Below, piece after piece: positions 15,222-30,000 of a stretch of DNA of 64,000 nucleotides (position 1 is its first letter; every line of letters starts with the position of its first letter). The DNA comes from Blastocystis sp. Blastoise (lineage: Eukaryota; Protista; Bigyra: Opalinata): contig JBBPEB010000007.1 in NCBI GenBank assembly GCA_039096225.1, forward strand, positions 372,001 to 436,000. Reading direction: 5' to 3'. The position numbers and the translations under genes were made by a program. The notes under the pieces are model-generated. The model saw only the letters and a program-made list of their open reading frames with translations. It was not told the origin of the DNA and searched no databases.

Positions 15222-16966
15222 TGCCACTATTATCATATAGAAGTGTAGTAACATTTGGAAATAGATGAGTTGACATTATTGTCGAATACATACCATAACT
15301 AAATGTATCCGTTATTTTTTCAACTATATAATAATAATAATAATAATAATAAATATAATAAAAATAAATATAATAAATATTACAAATATAATAATAATAA
15401 TAATTTTAAAAATACTCCACACTACACTTAAAGTAGTTAAAAAATCAAAAACACCTTCTTTTAATGCTTTTAGAATAAGTTTAGCTGAATACTTTGAATA
15501 AGACTGGTCTATAATAAATTATTTATTATATTATATACATTTATTTACCTGGTTTATTTGTAATTTGTGTAATAGAAAAATAAGAAGGAAGACGTAATAA
15601 TTGATACATACCCCATTCGGTAGATATATAGTCAATACTATTTTATATACATTCATAAAATATTTCTTATTTTTATTCATAATATATACAAGAAATAGAA
15701 ATATATACATAAATGTTTTATCACTTGTTTTATCTATATATAATAATAATAAAACAAATAATATTATAATAATATATATACCATCATATTGAATGATGAC
15801 TTCATCTTGTTTCGTACATTCATCATTTATTTCACTTTTGTTAACTTCTGAATAATTATTTGTATATTTGGCTTCATCAGCTATATACTTATATAATTTA
15901 GGTAACTGATTTTTTTCTCTTCTTTCATTATAAACGTTAACATGATTACTATTCCATGTATATAGGCTTTTACGATCTAAAGAAGAGATCTTATTATATT
16001 CATTTATTTCTGATTCTGTGTAGTAATCATATTCTTCAGGATTCTTTATTTTATAGTCATATCTAGAAAATAAACGACTATATGTCGTTATATATTCCTC
16101 ATTATTTGGATTTAATAATTCATCACTTTTCTTATAATATGTAACTACTATATATATTTATTATTTTGTATATATTTATTTATTTATATTTATATATATA
16201 CCTTTAATCTTTAATTCTTCTAATGAAGGGAAAATATCTTTAATGCACAATGGGCATATATATTCTAATGGAATATTCGACGCATATGGATCTATATATA
16301 TTTATTATTTATAATATACTCTAGTATATATACATTCAACTTCAACTTGAGTAATATTCATCATTTTAAAAAAAGAGTGAATAACATAATAATTCATCTC
16401 TTCTTTGTGGTATCAATAATCCTATATATATACTATATTTATTATAAATAATTATATATGATTACCCCTAATAAACATTTGGTGTTTATTGTGATAAAGT
16501 GGAATCATAGTCATATATAGTATTCTATTCTTACTATAATATTCATATATATATAATAATAATAATATTTCTCAAATACTTGAATAAGAACTCTTTTAAA
16601 TGAAAAAATAAATCACTTTGTCTACTACTATCAACCACAAGTGAATACTCAAGTATTATTCTATATATATCCATACTATCTTTAAAATTTAATGAAGAAA
16701 TATCCATGTTCTCTTCCAACAAAAAATGAATTACTTTTTCCATCGGAGAAAAAGGTAGATCTATATAATAACTACCATCATCATATTTCTCAGAATGTTG
16801 AATAATGTCATAGAATGGAAGTTGAGGATATTTCTCAATAAATTCTTTAGAAATCCATAATTGCGTCTCATCCTGAAATGTAAACAAATCTAAAAAATAT
16901 ATTTATTATTTCTATTCATTAATAAATACATTTATCATCAAATATAAAAGAATCTGTGTCTGACAT
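13029..16966 (-). CDS. Multi-exon protein with N-terminal BTB/POZ-like domain and degenerate LRR-like repeats
   Basis: ATG 16966 (MSDTDSFIFDDK). Exon FTFQDETQLWISKEFIEKYPQLPFYDII...YYIDLPFSPMEKVIHFL is BTB-like. Repeated FPxL motifs follow (FPSLEELKI, FPNVTTL, FPKLHII, FPHLKEL, FPQLKSI, FPKLREF). Stop TAA at 13029-13031. Confidence 0.55.
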
Positions 16967-18524
16967 TGCTTAAATTCAACTAGAACGATAAGATAATCAT
17001 ATATTATTATGCTTAAAAGATACTCTCTTATATATACAATAAATAAATAATAATGAAAGCTGATGTAATATAGAATATTATAAAATAATTGAAATGAAAA
17101 AAATAAAACTTGCTAATTCTGTAAAATACAATTTTTATGGAAATTATGAGAAATATAAAGAAAAAATAATAACTCTATTCACATAATATTTTTTATTCTT
17201 TTTCAGTCATTTTCAGATGATTTTCTTCATTCATTCAAAATTTCTGTTACATATATTATTCACTATTCAACCCTAGTATCAAGTCTATTTTTAAACAAAA
17301 ATGTGATATAGATTCTCCTAGACATCTTGAATATTTTTCTACTCTATAATAATTGAATTAAATAGAATCATCTCTCTCAAATAATTAGAATAAGTTGTTT
17401 ATTTTTTCTAGCCAACATAATACTATAAACAAATATTGTTACGATTGAAATTCTATCTATTCTTTCAAGTTCTATACTTTTTAAGTACAAATCAATAAAA
17501 GTTCTATAAACTCAGTTCTTGAAATATTTATATAGATGTTTTTAAAAGAAAGCATTTATTCACAAAATAATGCTTATAAAAATAAACATATATTCTTAAA
17601 AATCCTGAAAACATTAAAATAAAATTTTTTAACTCACTTGGAAAAAATTGAACAAATATATTCATTGTTCTATTGTTTATATGCAAGTATAGTAAAGATT
17701 TAAAAACATTTTATTCATTCTGTTGCTAGTATATACTTTTATAATCAATTAAATAAAAAATAAACAAATATTTTTATAGGAACAAATTCACTTTTTGTTT
17801 TATTGTTTCTGATATCATTCTTTATATATTTGAAATATTGTTTATATTATTTAGTATATAAAATAATATGATAGTATTATAATTAATAAGAAAGAATAGA
17901 TAGAAAGAGAAACAATATATATATATATATATACTTATTGCCAACACTTGCAATAAGAAAAGTATTTTTAAAAACTTTGGAACTCTTTATAAAAGTAGTC
18001 TCATTTCACATGCTATTTATCCTTATATATCTATACAGCTTTTATAAAAAAATAATTTCGATAATTATAACATATATAGATATAGTTATTAAAGCAATTA
18101 ATATGTGTTAACAATAATTGTTGTGAAATTCAAATTTCTTAATTCATTATTTTTTGGTTTTAATATATATAAATAAAAACAAATCGGTGTTAAGTATATA
18201 GAGTAGATAGATATTCTAAATAGGTAAATGTTTAAGGTTATTTATATTTATAATAATTTTCTTATCGATAAACATATGTACTAACAAACAAATACTTATA
18301 AATCATTCTATGTATAGAAATAAACAAAGAAAAACAAATATGCAATAAACATATCGTGAATACAAAGCAAAAATAAAAAAGTGAAAAGAAGTAACAATAA
18401 AAATAAAGAAATCAATTTTTTATATATAAAAAATAATGTATATAGAAATAAAGTTTGAACAAAAATATAAAAATAGTTCACAATAAATATTTCTTTGAAA
18501 ATATATATATATATAATATATTAT

Positions 18525-21500
18525 TTACCAATGTCCTTGATTATCTCCAAATGGATAATTAATATAATTTTGAATAACTAATTCATAATCTGTTTGTTTC
18601 TTCGTATCTAAAATAGAATAATAAAGATCATTTGTAGTATTAATAGCATTATTTGAATAGAAAGAACGAGGTTCTAATAATTTATGAAAATCTAAATGAT
18701 TAAATAATGTTGTTTTTATTTGACTAGGTATAGTTACAATACATATACCTATATCGTGTGATAATAATAATCGTTTACCATAATCTATCATGTCATAAGC
18801 TATTTTAAAACCACGATATGAAGGGAACACAAATAGTTTCCCTAATCCTCCAATTTTAAAAGAATAATTAATATATACACTAGCATTTGGTTTAGACATA
18901 TTTGTACAATGTACTTTTGATTCATATATTAATAATATAGCTACAATACAATGTTGTTGATTTTCTCTAGCAATTATATATCCATCAGGAATATAAGAAG
19001 AATCATAAACAGAATATAAAGAAGCATAATTAGGTTCACTAACTAAATTTTTATAAAAATTAATAATTTCTTTATATTCATTTTCAGAAATAGCACAATG
19101 TTTTAAATATGTAAATGTACAAAGTTGATTATTTGGAGGACTAACAATTTTTGGTAGACAAATAGAAGTAGATAAAGATACAGTTGAATTAGATGGCATC
19201 TCTTTTGATTGATTATTTATATTCAAATTATTTTGATTATTTATATTCAAATTATTTTGATTATTTATATTCATATTATTTTGATTATTTATATTCATAT
19301 TATTTTGATTATTTATATTCATATTATTTTGATTATTAATATTCATATTATTTTGATTATTTATATTTATATTATTTTGATTATTTATATTTATATTATT
19401 TTGATTATTTATATTCATATTATTTTGATTATTCATATTATTTTGATTATTTATATTTATATTATTTTGATTATATATAGCATTACTATTAATATTCATA
19501 TCTTTATTAGTATTTTGTGGTATCGATGGTAATAAATTATGATTTGACTGATCTTCTGAATCTCGTTGATAATTAACTTCTTTTATTTTATTAAATATAT
19601 TATTATCATTATATTGAAGAGAAGAATTATTTACAGAAGGTGATTGCTGTTGATATAAAGATGTATTTGAATAATAAGAATCAGGATAATCAACAGGAGA
19701 TAATGGAGAATATATTTTAGTATTTATAGAATTATTGATAGGAATATTATTAAATGGATTTGTTGGTATATGTGGAATATATGAATTATTATTATTATTC
19801 ATGTTTTTATTATTATTTAAAAAAGGGGAAGATAAAGGAGTTGTATCATGAGAATTATTAGATAGAAGTGGAGATGCATATAATGTATTATATGCTTGAT
19901 TTCCAGGGGAATTTATTGACTTTGTCGAATATACAGAAGATTCAGAATAATTATATGTAGAATTAAGTGGATTTATTTGTTCTTGCTTTAAATTAGAATA
20001 GGGAAGAGAAAAGTTACTTAATGGAGATTCATTCTTTTTGGTCGTTTCAATAGGAAGAGTGTTATTATTATTATTATTATTATTATCTGAGATATTATTA
20101 TCAGCTTTATTATTAACTTTACTATTATTATTATCATCTGATATATTATTTTTATTATTATTATTATCTGAGATATTATTATTATTATTATCTGAGATAT
20201 TATTACTATTATTATTATCAGTTTTATTATTATTATCAGTTTTATTATTAACTTTACTATTATTATCTGAGATATTATTACTATTATTATTATTAATATC
20301 AGCTTTATTATTATTATTATTATTAAGATTAATAGTATTGAATAGTTTATAGGGATCAATAGTATTATTATTATTATTATTATTATTTTTAAATACATTA
20401 TTACTATTATTACGTACATTATTATTATTTTTAAATACATTATTATTATTTTTAAATACATTATTATTATTTTTTAATACATTAATACTATTTTTAAATT
20501 CATTATTATTATTTTTAAATTCATTAATATTATTTTTAAATTCATTATTATTATAATCAATTAAAACTGTATCACAAAGATAACTCATAGCATCCTTATC
20601 ATTAATAACACTAGTACTTCTCTTTTGACTTTTACCATTTATTGTAGCTATATTAATAACATCAGAATTTGTTAACTGTGGACTTGATGAAGAAATAGAA
20701 GCATTTATAATAGTAGAAGAAGACGATGAAGAAATTGAAGAAATTGAAGAATTATTAATTATTTGGCTTGATTCCTTATTATTTGTGATCTTTTCTTTAT
20801 CATTAATAATATCATTAATAAATTTTTCCATAGTATTCAGTTCATTTTCAGTTTTTGTTGTCTCAGAAATCATTTCTTTTTGTTTATTTTCTTTATTTAC
20901 TAGAGAAGTATCTCCATTTTTATTAACATCTATAATAATACCCAATTTATTCATAATGAGATTTTTATCATTATTATGTTCTTCATTATTATCATCTTTT
21001 TTAATATTATTATCTTTATTATCTTTATTATTTTTATTATCTTTATTATCTTTATTATCTTTATTATCTTTATTATTTTTATTATTTTTATTATCTTTAT
21101 TATCTTTATTATCTTTATTATCTTTATTATCGTTATCAATATCAATGTCTTCTTCAAAAGGAGAAGTAGAAGATTTTGATAAATAATCGCGAAATGATTC
21201 TTCGATATTTTTTTTATTTGATTTATTACTATCTTTATTATTATCTTCTGAATGAGCATTTATATTTAATGGTTGATTATTTCCAAATAATGCAGTTAAA
21301 GGTAGATTATTATTAGCATCATTATTAACATTATTATTTTGTATATATATATTATTATTCACTTCTTTCATTTGTGTCTTTCTATCTGATTTATAATAGG
21401 CAGAAGAATTTGCATCATTTTGATGGTTACGTACATATTCTATAAAATAGATTATATTTAATAATAATATTAAAACTATTTTTAAAAAAATATCATTTAT

Positions 21501-23435
21501 AAACAACACAGGCTTTATAATATATATATATACTCTTTAGTTTTTCAAGTCTTATATTCATTTCTTCTTCAGGAGCATCATTATAATAAACTTCATCAAA
21601 ACCTTCATCACAATGAGGAAGTTCAGCATTCACTATATATATAATAATTATTATTATTATTATACAAAAAAAAACTTACAATAATAATAATAATAATAAT
21701 AATTATTATTATTATTATTATAATACAAAAAAAAACTTACAATAATAATAATAATACTTCAATAATAATATATAAATATATAATAAAAAATGTAATTTTC
21801 AAAAATAAAAAACATATATATATACTTAATAACTTTTGCATAATAAAATTATTTATATCTTTATCAGGATCTGTTAATTCACGTTTCTTTCTATATTCTA
21901 AGAATTTTTCAACAGTTTGAATAAAAACTATTGCATATTTACGATAGGTAAAAAAATAAGATAATTTTTTAGCTCTACTTCTTATATCTAAATTAGTTAA
22001 ATCCAAAATATAATTATGATTTTGCTTTGATACTCTTTCTAATATTAAATCAAATAAATCTATATATATATATTGATAAATTTTTATTATGACATATATT
22101 ATATTATAATAATAATAATAAATATATTATATAATAATAATAATATATACGATATGATTTAGAAATCAAAAATCGTTTAGAATAATCACGATAACGAGGA
22201 CATGTACTACACTATATAAAAATAATATTTAATACTTATTATACACAATGAAAATAAAATGAATATAAAAACATTTAAAAAAAAATATTTATTATATAAT
22301 AAAATCATCAATATATATATACATCAAATGTATAAACAAGAATATCTGAAGATAATATTCTCCACCGTTTTAATGGTTCAGAAGCACGTTTTAAAACTGT
22401 ATATGTCGATTTACCACTACAGGGAGGTCCTATTAGCATTAATAACTATATATATATTATTATAATAAAATATTAACAAAAATATAAAAAATAATAATAA
22501 AAATAAAATATTAACAAAAATATAAAAAATAATAATAATAATAAAAATAAAAAACACAATAAAAACAAAATAAAAATAAAAATAAAAATAAAATAATAAT
22601 ATACGGTTCCTTTTTTTATACTACATATAGATCCAAAATTAATATCAGTTGATTTTAATAATCCCATGGGAATTCCAGTAATATTATATTTTTTTATAGA
22701 TGATTCAGGTAAATTAAAGTTAAAATTGGCAGTAATTTGTGTATTTAACACATATATATGAGGAAATGAACCACAATCAAACTATATATAATATATATAT
22801 ATATATAAATAAATATAGAAAATATTTATTCTTTAAAAAAATATATATATAATTATACACTTGGATCTATTGGATATTTCCTAAATTGATCTCCAATTAA
22901 AGTCCATATATGACATTCCTCAAAATTAATACCCATATAAACTATATTTAAACAGAAAGAGATTATTATATATTATTATTATTTAAATATATATATACTT
23001 GTATCTTTTGTTTTTCCAGGAACTTCAACTGTTACTAAAGAACCAACTGAGTCATGACAATCATCAATGACATTCCTAAAAATAAAAAAATAAAGAAAAA
23101 AAGAATAAAATAAAATTATTTACCCATTTAAATCATAGCATCGACCAATTTCTTCAGGATTCACATTTGATGTCGACCAGCCAACACGAACAAATGAGTT
23201 TTTATTCGGAGTATTATTATTGATGCCATCAATCACAATCTTATAATAGCATGGAGATTTCTTAGTATAATGAGTAGCTCTTATACCTGCTCCAATATAT
23301 GATAAATATCCTATAACCCATAAATAAACCAAATTAAAATATACCTTTCGAATCTTGAGTGAATTTCAAAGAATCTTGAGTAATTCCATGTAAAGAACAA
23401 TCACTCGGATTCAAACGAATAATATTATTACTCAT
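18525..23435 (-). CDS. hnRNP-U/SAF-A-like protein (SPRY + AAA_33 P-loop), Asn-rich linker, C-terminal GNAT-like domain
   Basis: SPRY: GIRATH...CYYKIVID...VRVGWS, PHIYVLNTQITANFN. P-loop LLMLIGPPCSGKSTY at ~22405-22445. HNYILDLTNLDIRSRAKKLSYFFTYRKYAIVF and LPHCDEGFDEVYY parallel the hnRNP-U NTPase domain. The final 2.9-kb exon ends with IGGLGKLFVFPSYRGFKIAYDMI, resembling GNAT motif A. Confidence 0.7.
19209..19470 (-). repeat. Coding 24-nt tandem repeat (NNQNN[M/I/L]NI)n
   Basis: Directly visible ttttgattatttatattcatatta units, in frame in the 994-aa ORF. Confidence 0.9.
21010..21130 (-). repeat. Coding 9-nt tandem repeat (DNK)n
   Basis: ttattatct units in frame in the 994-aa ORF. Confidence 0.9.
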
Positions 23436-24003
23436 TTATTCTTACAGGAAAAGAAATATGAGAAATAAAATTGGCTGAAAAGAGTTGAAAAAAACTACTT
23501 TTTTATTTTTTTTAATTTCTCCACTTTTTATTGAATATAAAATATATAAGATAGGGCAATACTATCATATTTATTGTGAATATATATTTATGAAATTAAA
23601 ACAGTCTTATGAGCAATTAACTTTTTTATATGTGTTGCAATTTGTTTATAATTCTTAAATTTGTTATAAAAATTAAAATTATAACTATTATTTATATTCA
23701 AATGAATATCCATAATCTTCACAAATGTAGTTTGATATTTAAATGAACACAAAATGTTGTAAAAGGCAGTTTAATTATTTTAAAATCATATTGATATCCA
23801 ATTACAAGCACTTATACTTTATAGTACATCTTAATTATAGTTAAATAAGTCTAGAATAAATGAAAATTTATTTAAAATGAACAAAAATCGAAAAATTCAT
23901 GGGAATTCAAGAAATTTTAAATAAATCAAAATAATCAAGAATAAATAATAAATGAGAAAAATTCTTCATTTGTGTTGTTTTGTCATATATCCTTGCAATA
24001 TTC

Positions 24004-27000
24004 ATGAGATCAGTATTTGCTCTCATAGGATATCTTTGCTTGTTCTTCGTAGCATGTAAGCCTTTTATACTTAAAATAGTGTGTCTATATATATATATAC
24101 TCATTATAGTTTGTTGCGAAGAGGGTGAAATTGATATTATTTTAACAAAGCATTTCACAGAAAGATCTGAGGATCAATCATGGGCTTTGTATTATCAAAA
24201 CAAGACTTCATTAGATAGACTATTCCTTAGTCATGGTTCACTTATTGATCAGTACAATCAAAAAATTCAATATTTATGTCTACTTAAAGATTCCAATTAT
24301 ATTCTTACATTAAATTCTACGTATATAGTTCTATTATTTTTTTAAATGGTTTTATTTTGTAAATTTTTAATAATTTATGTTTTTTATATAGATCTGGAAA
24401 TGGTTGGGGATCAAAGCCAAGTGATGAAACAAGAATAGAAATTTCTTATGATAAATTTGTATTAATTATTGCAAATTTTCCTTACTTTCAAGGTCAAAAT
24501 ATATTTTCTATTGAATTTTCTTTTACAAGTATTTATTTTTTGTATTTTATAATGTTTTATATTTATTATTATATTTATTATATTTATTATATTTATTATA
24601 TTTATTATTATTATTATATTTATTATATTTATTATATTTATTATTATTATTATATTTATTATATTTATTATTATTATTATATTTATTATATATATTATAT
24701 TTATTATATATATTATATTTATTATTATATAGCTACATTTTTATCTTATCCTTCAGAATCATGGGAATATAGTAAAATTCCTCAAGAAAATGATTTATGG
24801 AAAACAATGTCTACTTCTATATCATGGCGTGAATATGATCCTTCTATAAGTATTTTAGCAGATAGTATTACTCGATATTATCGAAAAATTGTTGATTTTA
24901 ATATATATAAACATATATTATTTCGTTTATTTATTAAAAGTAATTGTGGAATTGTTATCTATATAAATGGATATGAAATCGATAGACATGCTTTGAAAAG
25001 GTAATTAAATAGGGTTATATTATATTATAATTTTTTTTTATTAGTTTTTATATTATTTTTATTAAATTATATATTATTATTATAAATTATTATATAGTGG
25101 TCCTATATATTCGAATACAACTGCTTCAACTCCTTATACTATTATAGCTTACTATAAGTATATTAATATATTATATATATAATAAACTATATATATATAT
25201 AGTTATTTATTATCATCAGATGTATATAAATCTGAAAATGGTTTAATAATCGTGGGAATTGAACTTCATTCTTATAATTTAGATAATATTAAACAAGAGG
25301 TGTTTATTTCATCACTTTATTTAGTTAATTCAAATAGTATATATATATATATATATATATGATATCATATTATTATTATTATTAATAATATATATATATA
25401 TATTTTTTTTTATAATTTTATTATATATTTTAATAATATATAATATATAAATAGCTGATGCATATATGCTTACATTAAATGGATTTTATTCTTGTTCTTC
25501 AAAACAAACAATTACTTCATCATCATGTAATTCATTATTTGTACCTCAACAATATTATCAACCATTTATTATTAATACACCTGTTGATATTCTATTTGAT
25601 TTCTATGAAAATAAGTATATTTTATTATATTTTATTATTTTATATTAATTTATTTTAATTATATATTAAATATTATTATTTTTTTAATTATATAATAAAT
25701 ATTGCTATTTTTTTTTAATATATTATTTTATTATTATTAATTATAATAATAATAATTTTATTGTTATTCTCCAATATATATTTGAATTAATAAAACTAAA
25801 ACTATTCTATATTCTCTATATAGTTTTGAATGGTTGAATTATTATTCTATAACTTTTTGTGTTAGTGAAGAAGATCAATATACATGGTTTTTATATGGTA
25901 GAGATATATATGGTATAGAATATTTATTAGATAGTCAATATAATGTAAATATTAATCCTGATAATAAAGAAACATATTATTTATTAACTACAAATATTAA
26001 AACATATTGTGGATATTCATTACATATAAGTATATATATTTATTTAATTTTATTTATTTATTTAATTTTATTTATTTAATTTTATTTATTTATTTATCAA
26101 TTTTATTTATTTATTTATTTATTTATTTAATAAATTTTATTTATTGCTAAAAATATAATATAAATAATTCTTTATAGTTTCTGCATCAAATAAAATATCT
26201 ATATGTAAAATTCATTTTTATGGTTTATTAAATAAATATATAACATCTTCTTTAGAATATCCTGATTCTATTTCATTTTTCCCTCAAAATTCTATATTAA
26301 CATTAAAGCCTATATCAACAGGATATCAAAATTTTACATTATTATCAACTATTGCATATGAAACATATGATTTTTCTAAATATGATGGAATATTAACTAT
26401 ACAATTATCTCATTTACGTTCTATATATATTAATATTTCTGCTTTTGATTCAATATCACAAACAATTCAATATGCTTCATTTACTATTACTTCTAGTTGT
26501 ATATATATATATATATATTATTATTATTATTATTATTATTTATAATTATTATAAGTATAATAATAATAATAATTATTTATTTATGTATTATTTAGTAAAT
26601 AAAACAATAACATATTAATATATCTATATATAGTTTGTTCTAAATCAAGTATTCTTGGTTATTTTGATTTTAATAATGTTCCTTATTCTAAAGATATGTT
26701 AATATCTTTAAAAGATTTAAATAATTATGCAAAATTATGGTTTTATCGAAAAGCTATCTCTATTCCTGAAGTATCCTTATGTTTAAATCCATTACATTTT
26801 TATTCTTTATCATTTGTAAAAAATTCCCAAGATTATTTATGGGGTAAAGGATATTATTTAGATTTATATTTATTATTTAATAGTGATTTACCTTATTCAT
26901 TTCAATATTTACGTATGTCTTCATTTGATGATTCTTTATATGATCCTATTACTTTTCAACCAAATTATTTAATATCATTACAAACAAAATGGAGATATTT

Positions 27001-30000
27001 ACCATTATCTATATATGATTCAATACCTATAAATTGGAAAGATATAGATTATAATGATTCAAATTGGAATATATATCAATTTCATTATAATAAATTATAT
27101 AGTCCATTAGCTACAAAAGAAACACATCTATTATTATTACGAAAAATATTTATTGTTGATAATATAGAAGATCCACAAATAATAGTTTTTAGTGGATTAA
27201 CAAATATGAGTTATATAATATATATTAATAATAATGAATTATGTCGTATACGTATAAATGGTAAAGATCCATTATCTATGAATACAAGTAGTACTAATGA
27301 TGATGATGAAGATGAAGATAATAATAATAATGAAGATAATAATAAATATAATAATAAATATAATAATAAATATAATAATGAAAATAATAATAAATATAAT
27401 AATGAAAATAATAATGAAAATAATAATAAATATAATAATAAATATAATGATGAAAATAATAATAAATATAATAATGAAGATAATAATTCAAATAATAATA
27501 AACATAATGAATATAATAATTCTAATAAATCTTCTTCAATTCCTGCTTCTGATATTATATTTTCTATAGTTCGAAAAGAATCTAAGAATAGTATTATTGA
27601 TATACATAATTATTATTCAATATCTTTATATAATAATATAACAAGATTATATCAATCACCTTATTTTCAATCTTATTATAAACAAGGTATACGTTCTATG
27701 TATTGTAGTGGCCCTATAGATTTAATTCATAAAGGAAATAATACTATTTCTATAGCATTAGTATCAAATAAAGATTTATCAAAATATCCTATATTTTTTG
27801 ATAGTACATTAATGTTTGCTTATCATAGTCAAAAATATACATTATCTACTTCTACTCCTCAATTATTATCTAATGAAAATGATATGATAGATAATAATCC
27901 TTTATTTTTACATGATTATAATATGGATACATATTGGTCTACTTTTCATTCAGATGAATATATATTAAAAAATATTACTATTCTTAATAAATCACATCGA
28001 TTAGATTATATTAATAAATATTGTGTTTATCAAAATTTTTATTTAAATTTTTTATCACCTTATTTTTTACATTGGTATATATATGGTATTACTGAACAAA
28101 ATGAATATATATTATTAGATACTTATGAAAATTATTATCAAACAAGTGTTTATACAAAAGATTGTTTCTATATATCTACAAAACATGATAGTTATAGAGG
28201 TTATTGTATGACATTTCAATTAAGTAATATGAGTGTAAAACCTATATATATACGTATTTCAGAAATAGAATTATTAACTGAAAATCTTAAAACAAAAACT
28301 ATTCCAAATTTTACATGGTATCAATCAAATGTTACTTTATTTAATGGTTATACAATTACACCAGAATTATATTTAAATAAAGAATTTAAAAATTATACTA
28401 TAATACCTTCATTAGAATTCTATAATATATATATAAATAATGGTAATGGTATATTATTTGGTACTCCTAATAATACATTAAATAAATCAACATTTATTAT
28501 ATCAGCTATTGATGTTCACGATGAAATACATTATGTTAATATTACTTTAGAAATACTCAATTGTTCTGGTGATATATATAATGATTTACAATTTTCATTT
28601 TATACATATAATAATGGTAAATATTTAAATTGGTATGTAACTGAGTATTCTAATGATAAAATAGTTGCTTATGATTTTCGTATTATTGATAATAAAAAAA
28701 GTATTTATTCTTATTGTCTAGTTAAAAATAGATATATATTACATTTATCAAGTAGTATTAATAATGGTTGGTTAAATAATTATTATGCTATTACTTTTAA
28801 TGGTATACATATATATAATAATAAAATAACTACTTTAAAATATAATCATACAATAGAAATTAGTAATAATTTTATTTCTCAACATGTTATTTCTATATGG
28901 AATTATACATCTATATATATGGCTACTACCCATTGGGTTGATATAAATTATCAATATTCAAATTTATTTAAACCTATACGATTAAAAGATTTTATTAAAT
29001 ATAATGATATATCTACTTATTATTTTAGATATATATTTGATATTGATAAATCTTTATATATAAAATATCCATCTATATTATTTAATATAAAAATTACAAG
29101 TGATATTAAAGTATATTTAAATGGTGATTATATATTATATTATAATGAGAAATATTATCATAATACAGATCCTTATTGGAGAGAACGTGATAAAAATAGT
29201 CCTTATAATTGTGATGTAATATGTTTATTAACTGGATTTATTATTTCTATGAATGATACACGATTAATTCATGGAAAAAATATATTAGCTATTCAATTAG
29301 ATTATATAGGATTTACTGATCAATTAGATAATAATAATTTTATAGAAAGAAATGATAATAATAATAATAATTATAATTATAATAGTTATAATAACAATTA
29401 TAATTATAATAATAATAATAATAATAATTATAATTATAATAATAATAATAATACATATTCTCCTTTATCATCTACAAATATTTTTAATAATAATAATGAA
29501 TATGCACAAAAAATAACATATAAATTAGATGTTGGTATTTCCTATAAATATTCATATGAATCTATATTATTTAATGGTTATTATTTTTCAAATATATTTT
29601 ATAATTCACAACATAATTTAGATTCATTATTTGATAATGATCCATCAACTTATATAGAAAGTATAAATGGTTGTGAAAATATATATATTGAATGGAAATA
29701 TGATTATTTATTTCATACAATAGGAAATAGTTATACTTTAATAGGACCCAATTCTTGTTTAACACAAGCACCTACTTCTTGGACAATAGAAGGATTTAAT
29801 TATTTACAAAATGAATGGATATTATTAGATATACGATATAATGAAACATGGACTATTTCTAAACAAATTAAACATTATTATTTTAATCAAAAAAATACCA
29901 TAAATCATACTTTTTATATATATCGTTTAACTATATTATCTTGTGATAATTTAATTGAAACACCTATATGTAGAAATGATACTATTTCTTTATCTGAATG

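Noticed and set aside
17000-18500. Long intergenic region as a hidden gene or element
   Set aside because: No ORF, splice pattern, terminal repeats or structure could be supported.
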